NCBI GenBank assembly: GCA_963693365.1
Contig: CAVNZM010000011.1
Location: 1,532,489-1,596,488, forward strand
Reading direction: 5' to 3'
DNA length: 64,000 bases
Source of the DNA: Amoebidium appalachense
Taxonomy: Eukaryota; Protista; Ichthyosporea
The notes beneath the pieces were generated by a model. That model was not told the DNA's origin. It was given only the letters and a program-made list of their open reading frames with translations, and did not search any database. The translations under genes and the position numbers were made by a program. Positions 49,469 through 59,772 of this stretch are shown piece by piece. Numbering within the stretch: position 1 is the stretch's first letter; each line of letters opens with the position of its first letter.

Positions 49469-50779
49469 TCACTCGATCTTCCACCGAAAAACCTGAAAGA
49501 TACTCCCTCCATCGGCGGTCACGTGTGCCCCCAAAACAACGAATCGACTGGCGACACTCATGGTCAGCGCGTGCACGACACCATCCAGAAACACGCGATG
49601 CTGGCTGACAAGACGCACCACATCGTCAGCGCCGACTTCGTATATCAGCACATCGCTATCCCCTCTACTGAAACCCAGGCGACCAACATACAATCGGTCG
49701 CCCCCGCGGTACAACACCGTCCTCTCGTACATATCCACCCAACAAGTACATAACGCACGCTTGGCAAAGTATCGATGTGTGGGCTCGAGGGGTGCCTTTG
49801 AACAGAATGCACACCCGACTTCATCACCACACCAATGAGGTCTACAGGTCGTCAGCATATCCAATCTGCATTCCCCAAGAAGTCGGCCGTCCCGCAGACC
49901 GATCGCGTCCACCACCGCGAGCGTCCCGTCCTCACCTGGCGCATGATTGTGGTACAGAACACGGATATCGACACTCGACACCGACAACACCCCCATCGCG
50001 CCCATCCACCCACCTAGACAGACACTCCAGTTCCGCGCACCCGTGACCCAATCAACCGACACAACAAACGTCGATCCTCGCTCTCCCCGACACAACACAA
50101 CAAGCGAGTCGCCCACAGAACACGGATGCTCGGAGACCACATGTCGGTCCATCGACCAAAGCGGCAACCCGGGTCCTTTCCCAGCCCCGGCAGTACCGGT
50201 CCCATATCCCCGGAGCTGCGGACAGGCCCAGTCACCCAGATCTGGGCTGCTGTGGATCAAAAATACCACGACCCCGTGGCGACCGCTGTATCCAACGAGA
50301 CGCGCACCGGTTACATCGAACGGCAGCAAGACGTCCAGCGCGAGTATGTCACCCGACGCGGCCCCAACCCGCCTATCCGCGTTTGCACTGCCCGGTGACG
50401 CGCGCAGCAACGCTGATTGGCCAACGCCAGGTTCCGCGCGATGGCGATTAACCAACGAGATTGTACATTTGCCCCACACAACCAACGTCGGATAATCGAC
50501 TACCAGCACGACGTACGCTGTGGTCAACTCGCAAAACCGCGCCAGACCAGCGCTCGCGAAGCCAACGGGGCCCGTCTCAAGGCTCCACCTCTCGACACCC
50601 CCAAATGGATTGTAGGCACGGGGTCGGGCTAGGAACACGGAGGCTCCTTCGACAGGATGGTTGAAAAAGCACAGCGGCACACAACTCGGCCCGGTCGTCG
50701 CAAAACGCATCTTGGGGTTCACACGGACAAATCCAACCAATGATCGAAACGTCGGGCTCGCGGTCGATGACATCGTCAT
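49469..50779 (-). CDS. Hypothetical protein, 436 aa; possibly a beta-propeller
   Basis: Long ORF with PQQ-repeat-like segments VSVDWVTGARNW and AIGLRDGRLLG. The fold is inferred. Confidence 0.65.
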   Translation of the reverse strand: MTMSSTASPTFRSLVGFVRVNPKMRFATTGPSCVPLCFFNHPVEGASVFLARPRAYNPFGGVERWSLETGPVGFASAGLARFCELTTAYVVLVVDYPTLVVWGKCTISLVNRHRAEPGVGQSALLRASPGSANADRRVGAASGDILALDVLLPFDVTGARLVGYSGRHGVVVFLIHSSPDLGDWACPQLRGYGTGTAGAGKGPGLPLWSMDRHVVSEHPCSVGDSLVVLCRGERGSTFVVSVDWVTGARNWSVCLGGWMGAMGVLSVSSVDIRVLYHNHAPGEDGTLAVVDAIGLRDGRLLGECRLDMLTTCRPHWCGDEVGCAFCSKAPLEPTHRYFAKRALCTCWVDMYERTVLYRGGDRLYVGRLGFSRGDSDVLIYEVGADDVVRLVSQHRVFLDGVVHALTMSVASRFVVLGAHVTADGGSIFQVFRWKIE

Positions 50780-50902
50780 TTATAATCGTCGATGACGCAA
50801 GCAGAACAAGACTCGATGACGCAAGCAGAACCCAGACTCGATGACGTAGGCACCACGACATCGCCGAAAACACCACAAAATATTATGTGTGTGTAATAGC
50901 AA

Positions 50903-51328
50903 ATGGGAAAACCAAACACCGAGATCTCCAATGTAGAGAGCTTGAAGGGCGTTTTGCGTGACTATGCAACCCTCCACGCACAGATCAAGGAGCACGCGGC
51001 ACAGACAAAACCTGTTACCAAGAAAATGAATACTATAAAGAAGGCCATTCTGAAGTACATGTCATCTGGAAATGTCAGGTCACTCGAGCTTCCCACGAAA
51101 GACCTTCTGATTCTTCAAGAATCAATCAAAAAGCCACAACTAAGCGAACAGTATCTCCGCCGTCAGCTCGAAACGTACTTCAAGGACACGAAAAAGGCCA
51201 ACGACCTGGTATCCTTCCTGACTGCCATACCGGACAAAGACCTCGCCACAAAGCAATCACTCAAACACGTCGACAAGGACAACTATATAGAAACAGATTC
51301 CATCCTCGACGACGGCGACTCGGAGTAG
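50903..51328 (+). CDS. DUF5760-like small coiled-coil protein typical of giant viruses
   Basis: LKGVLRDYATLHAQIKE..KKMNTIKKAILKYM..VRSLEL..KKPQLSEQYL matches the family pattern as I recall it. Confidence 0.7.
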   Translation: MGKPNTEISNVESLKGVLRDYATLHAQIKEHAAQTKPVTKKMNTIKKAILKYMSSGNVRSLELPTKDLLILQESIKKPQLSEQYLRRQLETYFKDTKKANDLVSFLTAIPDKDLATKQSLKHVDKDNYIETDSILDDGDSE

Positions 51329-51780
51329 AACGTCCGACCCGAGAGACTCAATAAAGCAAAACAACATACCGATGCATCTTCCAACGTGATACGATTGAGC
51401 AACCAATTACAGCACGGGAATCTTTTAGCCCAAAACACTTGCATGACGTCTAGCCAATTAAAATAACAGAAAAGCAATTTGTAGATATATGACTGGTTGA
51501 AGATCAGCGATCCAACAAGTCAAGAAAAATGCGAGACATTTCGACAAACCAATCATTAATGACACATGGCAACAGCCCATTTGTTGACTGAATATCATCC
51601 AATCACCGATTTCCGATCGAAATAACGATTGGTTGTTGGTTCATCGGAAGTGAACGATTGGCTGCGCGACTCTTTGATAAAGAAAAAAACGTACAAAACC
51701 CAGCCCTGGCCAAATAAGCTGCCACAATGTACTAAATCGCTAGGCCGAAAATGCGTAAGAATTCGTAGATTCCGCGAGAT

Positions 51781-54237
51781 ATGGACCGAGCACAGTTTGC
51801 ATGCTTATTGCGCCTGTACGCCCCAGGCACTATTGGAGTCAGAGTTGGTGAAGATCGATATTTTGAGGCAGCGTTAGTGACGAGGGGAGATGATGTGTTT
51901 TTGGATGTGACTATAGATAAATCGTGCGCGTTGGGCGAGTGCACAGAAGACCACAACCACGTTTGTGTACCTTCTACAAAAACAGGACCAAATACGCCGT
52001 TCCACCATTTCATTCACGTTGCTTCACATTCTTCATCGCGCACACAGCCAGATGAACACATCACGACACCTTCGCTTTCTGATTTCCTCCGCCTGAGAAA
52101 AACAGCCGGGATACTAAGGCATGTAGCCGATGAGTTGAAAGTCCTCTATGTTGAACCTTTAACGGCTACACGTTTGACCGGTGTGAACACGTGGGTTTAT
52201 CCGTGTTCATTGGCAACATTTTTGCAACGTTTTACACCCGGAAAGACTTTCCGCCCTTCGATGACAATTCCGCCCCAGGACATAGATTGGTTGGCGATTG
52301 AAAGTTTCGAGTGGTTGCTCCCACAAGAGGAAGTGATTGATTTTCCTGTAGATTGGTTTCCCGATATCAATCTTCCACCCGCGACAGCACCGTCCTCTGC
52401 ATCCCCGTTCGATCTTCCACCCCTGACAGCACCGTCCTCTGCATCCCCGGCAGCTCCCACCACGGGACCCCAAACCACGACCGGCGGCACCAAAAACAGA
52501 CCAATTCTACCCAACACTCTCGACCCTCGGCAATTCGGGTTTCAGCCACAACCAATGACACGGCCTCTGCAGGCCTCTCCACAGCCTATACCATTTGCAC
52601 AGCCACGACTCTTCTCTCCTGGGGCACACACGGGGCAACACCAACCATTTTCCACGACCGGACTGTTCCATTCGCCTGCTGGGGCCCAGCAACAGAAACA
52701 GCTGCAGAGTCAGCGGCGAGGGGAGGCGCGAAATAACCGAGAGAGCGCAAGGTTGGATCGAGAAATGGAGCGAAAGAAGCGAAAGGATCGAGAGGACAAC
52801 AAGAGAGAGAAGGAGCGAGAGAAGGAGCGAGAGATGGAACGAGAGAAGGAGCGAGAGAAGGAGCGAGAGAGGAGGAGAGAAGGAGCGAGAGAAGGAGCGA
52901 GAGATGGAACGAGAGAAGGAGCGAGAGATGGAGCGAGAGAAGAAGGAGCGAGAGAAGGAGCGAGAGATTGAGCGAGAGAAGAAGGAGCGAGAGAAGGAGC
53001 GAGAGATTGAGCGAGAGAAGAAGGAGCGAGAGAAGAAGGAGCGAGAGAGGAGAAGGAGCGAGAGAAGGAGCAAGCGGAGGAGCGAGTGCGAGAGAAGGAG
53101 CGAGAGATGGAGCGAGAGAAGGAGCAAGCGGAGGAGCGAGAGAAGGAGCAAGCGGAGGAGCGAGTGCGAGAGAAGGAGCGAGAGAAGAAGGAGCGGGCGG
53201 AGGAGCGAGAGAAGGAGCAAGCGGAGGAGCGAGTGCGAGAGAAGGAACGAGAGATGGAGCGAGCGGAGGAGCGAGAGAAGGAGAGAGAGGAGCAAGTGCG
53301 AGAGGAGCGAGATTTGGAACGAGATCCACAGAACGAGGGAACGGAGCAAGATGAGCGCGAAGAGAACAAGGGAGCGGAGCGAGAGTTCGAACGAGAACGA
53401 GAGACTGAGAAGGAGCGAGCGGAGGAGCAGGAGCAAGACGTTAGACGGCCCGCGCGCCTCGCACTCCCACCCTCAGCCGACCCCTTGAGCGACCTATCCG
53501 GTCTACTCGGCGGCGACTCCGTGGCCACTATGGAGGTGGTTTCCACCGTCACGCGCCTCGTCGGCATGGTTTCGGAGCGGCACCGCGCGCAGATCGTTAA
53601 GCTCGAGCAGGAAAGCGCGACGCTGAAGCAAAATTTGAAGATCGCAGTCGTGGGAGGAAAAGAGACGAGGGAAAAATTAGACAAGCTTAGCGCGGAGAAG
53701 GACGCGAAGATCGAGGAGCTCACACGTCGTAACAACGCGGACTCGACAACGATCAACGGCCTCGAAGAGAAAGTTCGCAAACTCGAAGCCGAAAATACGA
53801 AATGGAAGGAGACCAAGGAAACGGAGCGAAAACGCCTCGAGCGGGAACTTAAAGAACTCGAGACGGAACTCGCTGGCGAGATAGGGAAGGTGGCCAAACT
53901 CACACGGGAGGTGTCAAAGCTCACACAGAACTATGAGACTGAACATAACAAGAACCAGAAATGGGAATCGAAATGGGAATCCTATTATTCGAGGATTGCC
54001 GAACTGGTCAAGGAAAAAGAAGACCTGGAAAAAGACATAGAATCTCGCGTCGAGGCCGGGGTCGGCGCCCGGTTGAAGGGTTTAATGGAAGTGTTCGAGT
54101 CGCAATCCGCCCAGAAAAGGCGGAGGTCGGAGGCGGATGATGGCGACGGGCGGGACGAAGAAACACCTCGCAGACGCCATCGCGCCGACGGCCCCGGCAA
54201 CGACGAGCCCCCCTCCAACGCGGCCGCGGCCTTGTAG
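51781..54237 (+). pseudogene. Large Glu/Arg/Lys-rich coiled-coil protein (~800 aa) split by two frameshifts in a GA-rich repeat
   Basis: The EREKE repeat reading moves from the 51781 frame to the 52595 frame (~52868) and then to the 53086 frame (~53045). The C-terminal coiled coil ends with an NLS-like KRRR. Confidence 0.65.
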
Positions 54238-54239
54238 AC

Positions 54240-54476
54240 TTACACACGGGAAATGTTGTAGTGTAGGGGGTACTCGTAGCTTGTGATGTCCCACCCGTTT
54301 TTGGTTGTCATGGTCGGTATGCCGGTCACATAGTCAAGTACACGATAGGATGGTTCCCATATGCGTTTTAGATGTTTCTTTTGGACTTTGTACTTTTTTC
54401 GTGCGTTTCGGAGCTTTCGGCGGTAGATCCGTTTGTCTCTTCTACAGTACCGTCCCTTGACATACTTGGGCTTCAT
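54240..54476 (-). CDS. Small highly basic protein, 78 aa
   Basis: MKPKYVKGRYCRRDKRIYRRKLRNARKKYKVQKKHLKR..., preceded by an AT-rich leader. Confidence 0.45.
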   Translation of the reverse strand: MKPKYVKGRYCRRDKRIYRRKLRNARKKYKVQKKHLKRIWEPSYRVLDYVTGIPTMTTKNGWDITSYEYPLHYNISRV

Positions 54477-54735
54477 TGTATAATATATTAACCATAAAGC
54501 AGTCATGGTGTCACTGGATCCGTTTTCACCCACCATACAGGCACCTGGCCACCCGGACCAGCACACTTGCACAAAAAAACAAAATTTCAAATTGATAAAG
54601 CGGTACCTGTTGATGCTCTATCTTACCGTACACCCCTTTGTCGTATATATACTGCCGATGCCGCTACTGCGACTGATGGCCGGGGCTGGGGTGTAGTCGG
54701 TGGACTGTGTCCATCTACACACATCGCCGTGCAAG

Positions 54736-55392
54736 TTATATAAAATCGGGAATGTGACAAATCGCTGTGTCTTGGTCCTCTGTCTCCCATCCCTGCAGCT
54801 CGTGATCTGCACGTATGTCTAACACTTTGGCCTGGAAACTCATTAATGTCTTGCCGTGCTTGGCCCACCACTCCTTGTCCCGCGGGATCTCGTCGATGCG
54901 CAGCGACCCGTCGCGCGGATCGAACTGCACAAAGTCCGCGACCTCCAGCCCCAGCACAAACAGCTGTGTCTGCACCTGCGCCACATAGTGCTCGGGGATC
55001 GGCTGTCCGTCCATGAACTTGCGCTTGTACGGCACCTTGATCTCCACCGCGCGCCCGCACAGCGTCACCCGGTCCGGGCTCGCCCCCAGCCACCGGTGCT
55101 CCGCGTGCCGGATCAGCCCCAGCTCGATGCACGAGTGCCCCGTCGCGCGCATGTACGCGTCCGCCGCGTTGGCCTCGTGCTTGTGTCCGAATGCCACGAA
55201 CACGGGGTCCACGACCCGCCGCTTCAGCCCGGACTTGTGCTCGATCAACTCGCGGCGGGACTCATAGGGATTCACACCCAGCGCGGCGCCCACGTCCGAG
55301 GCCGTGAGCATGCATGCGCGCGCGCGCAGCCACGCCGCGCTGCCCTGCGGGTACGGCACTTCGTGCTGTTGGATGCGAGTAATAAAGTCCAT
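54736..55392 (-). CDS. YqaJ-like viral recombinase / lambda-exonuclease family PD-(D/E)XK nuclease
   Basis: QGSAAWLRAR..LTASD, GHKHE, WLGASPD, VEIKVP, HYVAQVQTQL. Confidence 0.95.
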   Translation of the reverse strand: MDFITRIQQHEVPYPQGSAAWLRARACMLTASDVGAALGVNPYESRRELIEHKSGLKRRVVDPVFVAFGHKHEANAADAYMRATGHSCIELGLIRHAEHRWLGASPDRVTLCGRAVEIKVPYKRKFMDGQPIPEHYVAQVQTQLFVLGLEVADFVQFDPRDGSLRIDEIPRDKEWWAKHGKTLMSFQAKVLDIRADHELQGWETEDQDTAICHIPDFI

Positions 55393-55485
55393 TCTGCGGA
55401 CATTTCTCGTGCGAGTTGGGTTTTATAGGGGCGGGTTCGCCAACACCGCCCAAAATCTGTGTGTACCACCACATCGCGCAAATTA

Positions 55486-57302
55486 TCACTCAGACACATC
55501 TCCCTTTGCACTTTTGAATACACTCACAACCAGGTCTCTGATTAGGTCATCCTCCATGAACTCCCTAGCCATCTCGAGCATTGCACCGGCAAAAGACATG
55601 TAATCTACACGGAAGAGCTCGCGCTCCACGTTCTTGTGGGTGAGTGCAGTGTGTAGGTACTTCTCGGCAAGAGCCAGGTGCTCCGAGGGCACCGGGAGAG
55701 CAAACAACAACCGCTTGTTAGGGCCTACGTGCCATGTAGCTGCCTGTTTCATACGACCCTTCACGTCCTTCAAACTTTGTCCGATCTTCAAACATGGCGG
55801 GTCACCATATTCAGACACAAACACGTAGATACCAGACTGCTGTTTGGTGCACACACGGTTCGTAACCCTTCGTAGCTGCTCGCTTGCATCTTCGTACTCA
55901 GGTGGGACATGATCGGACTTGGGGGCATAGGGTTGAAGCTCCAGAAGACGACACTGTGCCTCGATCTTCAAACGCTCTTCTCGTAGAATCGCTGCCTTCT
56001 TGTCACACAAAACACCCTCCTCGCGCATCCTTGCGATCTCCGTGTACACAGGAGATTCGGCAATACGGGCCTCCTTGTACAGACTTAGGGCAGTTTCCAT
56101 CTCGGCCTGGTTAGTCATGAACTGGGTGATGTCCCCGAGCCTGGGTCTCTTGTGCTCCCTCTCTGGGGTGCCAGCTGCATCCATCTCCCCCCTCACGCTG
56201 TCGCGCATGAACGCATTGGGTCCTGAGGGGTTAGCCTCTGCCGTGGCCCGGTTGCGCTCAATGTCCTCCACCAGTGTTTCGTCCCCACCTTCCAGACGCG
56301 CTATATCTTTGGCCCACTTCTCAATGATCGCGGAACCGTAGCGCGCGTTGGACGCAATCTTGAAGGTCAGCTTGACCAGAGATGTCGCCGGAACAGCAGG
56401 TGACAACTTCCCTCCCTTACCAAACGAGCAATTGGTCACTTTGACCAATTGGTCCCCTGTCGTATCCAATAGATGCCGGCCTATGTATTTTGCTGCAGCA
56501 CATCTGTCCAAGCCACGCACCAGCATTGTGTAGTCCACGAGACTCGCCACTTCACACCATCGACCTCACACACTCGGATGGCGTGGTCACCTATGCAAAT
56601 TGTGTCGCCCTTTTTTGTAACAACCTCATCCGCCATCGACATGAAATCGGTCTGTTCTGTCGCCATTGATGGAGAGACTGACGTGCTTGGAAGCATGCAC
56701 GGTACCTTTGTACCCATCACCTCGCTGTCCCAAAGCTTGCAGAGGGCGGGAAAGCAGTAGCGCAGAAACGGCGCGGTCAGCTCGAACGCGAACCAGGTCC
56801 CGCGGTACATCTCGATGGCGGGTATCAGACCGTGCGTTGCGAAGGCGTAGGCGACGGAGCCATCGGCGTGAGATATTGCGGGTAGCTTCTTGATCCGCGA
56901 AAACGCCCTTTGAACAAGCACCCGGGACGAACTTGGAGCCACGTCCAACTTTCCACCTTCCAGATCCATCGTCTCCACATCCATCCGAGTCAACTCCAAC
57001 ACCCGATCAATCATGTCCTGATTGTGCCTAACCCAATTGACAGGATTTTTCCATGTTCCGCCCGCCTCCTTGCTCCCGAGCGACGCGGAGTACCCCGCGT
57101 TGAAGAACACGTGCCCGTCGAACTTCGTCAGGTACGTCAGCACCTTCTCCCCGTCCGGCGCAAAGAACGGGCGCACGCCGGGCCACGCGGGCACCGACGA
57201 CGTGTCCACGCGCGGCTCCGAGTCGTGGCCCGCGGGCGGGCGCCAGTCGGGGCCAAGAGGGGGGGGAGAGTAAGAGGGTGGGGGAGACATGTTTGAAGTC
57301 AT
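55486..57302 (-). pseudogene. KilA-N-like + Bro-N-like + T5orf172 (GIY-YIG-like) protein with a single frameshift near 56547
   Basis: KilA-N-like GHVFFNA..NWVRHN..RGTWF. Bro-N-like IRVCEVDGVKW/ASLVDY is split across frames. C-terminal GIYVF..LKIGQS..RMKQ..AEKYLH..RELF. Confidence 0.75.
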
Positions 57303-57589
57303 TTCAGAGTAAGACTGCGATTTTATTTTGCGCGCGGCGCCTTTTGTACCCGGCCAGCGGGAGGGTGCAACACATCCACTTCACTCGAACTGATGGTCTG
57401 GTTAACCATTTCAAAGGCCTCAATTTGAGGCATTTGGCTGCCAAGTTACCCAGTGCCTAGCAAAATCACAACCGGTCACATTGACCGATTGCAGGCTGCG
57501 GGTTACGGCACACACACACACAACCAAAATGGCTATCGATCGATCACATTGATCGATTGCCAATTGCTTACCAAAATACACACCCGGGT

Positions 57590-59065
57590 TCAAACGCCGT
57601 CGATGGGCACAAAATCCAATTCCGGCAGCACCTGCTCCTGGTAGTAACGACCAAGGGCGTAATCCTTGCCCTCGCGGGTGTCGTGGACGTACCATTGCGG
57701 AACCTCGGGTCCCCACAAGCTGGTTGGGTTCAGCTCCGCATCCCTGTGCTGTTGGAGTGCGTGTGCGAACCCGGGGGGCATCGCTTCGCCGCGCCGCCAT
57801 TCAATATTGATCTTGAATGCAAATAGCTCTATGTAGCCCGGGGTGTATTCCATGTCATCGTCAAACTTTGTAAACGCGGGGAGAACAGTATTTGCCGCCG
57901 ACAGGAAATCCCGCACTGCCAGTGGCTTGGGCTGTCTTTCGATCAGCCCTTTGAGCTCTCCGGCAAAGCTGTCTGTCCCCGAGGGTGACTGAAAAATCTC
58001 CCGAATGCGCCGAGACATTGGCGCCATCGCAGCCTGCTTGATTAGATTGAGGATGTCCGATGTGGAATACGACTTGAGAAACATCCAGTACGCCAACTTC
58101 TGCAGGGCCTCTCGCGGGGTGTGAACCCCGTCATTGACTACTAGCAGCGTTGGGTCGACGCTCAGGGGATACTCCGCTTGGAACTCTTCCAATTTTTCCA
58201 ATATCAGTTCGAGGATGTCGATCGGTAGCGGCAGGTCAACAAACACGCGAACGGGAAATCGCCTCAGAATCGCCCGGTCCAGGTCGAACGGCAGGTTTGT
58301 CGCGGCCACGTACAGCATATGGTCATTGTTCTTGCGCAGCCCGTCGTACTCCGAAAGAAACTGGTTTGTGATCTTGTACGAGTTGCCCGACCCGCTCGCA
58401 CTGTTGCGGTTTCGGGAGCCCAGTATCGACTCGGCCTCGTCCAGAAACATGACAGTGGGACGCAGGCACCTTGCGAGCGAAAACACCGCCTGCACCGCCT
58501 TCTCCGAGTTGCCCTCCCACTTTGAGTTGAGCACAGCGGACGACACGTTCATAAACGTCGACCTGCCCACCTGCGCCAACTTGCTGGCAATAAACGTCTT
58601 GCCGGTCCCGGGTGGACCAAACATCAGAATTCCCCGCCCAGGCGTTCGCAGGCTGCGGAACAGTTCGGGGACAAACCGTGGAACAATAACGGTTTCCAAA
58701 AGCTTCTGCTTCGCCTCCTTCAGCCCATTAATGTTCATAAACTCTGCCAGGTCCTCGTCGCGTGGCTCGAGGCCGTCACCGTCGGGCGGGAAGACGATCT
58801 GTCTGATTGGGGTCGTGATCTCGCGGTTTTCTACGTCGTTGTGGATACTGGCAAAGATATCGCAGTTGGTCATGTAGTCCTTGTACAGCGCGTCCCTTTG
58901 CTCCGGTGTCAACTTGCTTGAAGCCCCCACCGCGTCCGCACGGTCCCTTGCACGGTCGGCGGTCAGCTGCCAAATCCCGGAGAACCATGAGGTGAGCGGG
59001 TCATCGTCCTCCGGTTCCTCCGTTCTGGGGCGTTTCGGGGGTCTGCCGCGCGGGCGTGAACTCAT
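57590..59065 (-). CDS. Spastin/katanin/Vps4-clade AAA+ ATPase (491 aa) with an N-terminal AT-hook-like motif
   Basis: Probable start MSSRPRGRPPKRPR. Walker A GPPGTGKT, pore loop SKWEG, Walker B FLDEAE, second region of homology ATNLPFDLDRAILRRF. Confidence 0.93.
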   Translation of the reverse strand: MSSRPRGRPPKRPRTEEPEDDDPLTSWFSGIWQLTADRARDRADAVGASSKLTPEQRDALYKDYMTNCDIFASIHNDVENREITTPIRQIVFPPDGDGLEPRDEDLAEFMNINGLKEAKQKLLETVIVPRFVPELFRSLRTPGRGILMFGPPGTGKTFIASKLAQVGRSTFMNVSSAVLNSKWEGNSEKAVQAVFSLARCLRPTVMFLDEAESILGSRNRNSASGSGNSYKITNQFLSEYDGLRKNNDHMLYVAATNLPFDLDRAILRRFPVRVFVDLPLPIDILELILEKLEEFQAEYPLSVDPTLLVVNDGVHTPREALQKLAYWMFLKSYSTSDILNLIKQAAMAPMSRRIREIFQSPSGTDSFAGELKGLIERQPKPLAVRDFLSAANTVLPAFTKFDDDMEYTPGYIELFAFKINIEWRRGEAMPPGFAHALQQHRDAELNPTSLWGPEVPQWYVHDTREGKDYALGRYYQEQVLPELDFVPIDGV

Positions 59066-59186
59066 TGCTCCTCGACTACAAAATCGGAAGCGGCGGAGGC
59101 GCACACACAACCAAAATGGCCATCGGTCATATTGGTGGGTGGCTGCCCAAAACCCGGCGTGAAAATTCCCGCGCCGGGGCGGGGCA

Positions 59187-59256
59187 TGGGGGCATGCGAG
59201 GCACGCGTGGCACACGTGGCTCGCCGGGCGGGCGTGCCTCCCAGGCCTCGCGGGCC
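59187..59256. promoter_or_regulatory. ~70-bp GC-rich dispersed motif, copy 1 (between the divergent AAA and zinc-finger genes)
   Basis: Identical to 61775-61844 except for one base. Function is inferred. Confidence 0.55.
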
Positions 59257-59325
59257 TCTCGGGCCTCTCGGGGGTGGGCGGGGGCATTTGACACTTTTTT
59301 CGTGTCTATATACGAGTCAAGGACG

Positions 59326-59769
59326 ATGGATCCCGCCACGTATGTCCCAAACGAGCACCATGACACCAAACCGTCTCTCCAAAAGCGACGCCGCACACAG
59401 GAACGACGGTTTAAGTGTGAACACAATGGCTGCCCAGCCATATTCTCCCGGCGCGACACCTTGCGAGACCACCAAAACCTACACACTGGAGCACGGCCCT
59501 ACGTATGCAAACAGTGCACAGCAGCTTTTCAAAACCCAGGCAGTTTGTTTGCACACAAAAAGGCTTGGCACAGCGACGAGCGAAAGCCAAGGTGGACAAG
59601 GAAACGGCTGGCGTGCCCAGCGGGGTGTGGCATCGAATTTACCTCGTACCTGTCGATGAGTTCGCACATCGCAACGTCGCATCCCGAGCCGGAGCCCAAT
59701 GTCACGACCGTTGCAGAATCATGCGGCAACCCATCCGCGATGGACGAAATAATAAAATGTACACATTAA
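59326..59769 (+). CDS. C2H2 zinc-finger protein (3 fingers, 147 aa)
   Basis: FKCEHNGC..F..L..H..LH, Kruppel-like linker TGARPY, YVCKQC..HKKAWH, CPAGC..HIATSH. Confidence 0.9.
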   Translation: MDPATYVPNEHHDTKPSLQKRRRTQERRFKCEHNGCPAIFSRRDTLRDHQNLHTGARPYVCKQCTAAFQNPGSLFAHKKAWHSDERKPRWTRKRLACPAGCGIEFTSYLSMSSHIATSHPEPEPNVTTVAESCGNPSAMDEIIKCTH

Positions 59770-59772
59770 TTA

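Noticed and set aside
58134-58877. 247-aa plus-strand ORF
   Set aside because: Antisense shadow of the AAA ATPase.
59066-59325. N-terminal extensions of the AAA (59287) and zinc-finger (59056) ORFs
   Set aside because: They run through the shared GC-rich intergenic motif. The ATGs at 59065 and 59326 are more plausible starts.
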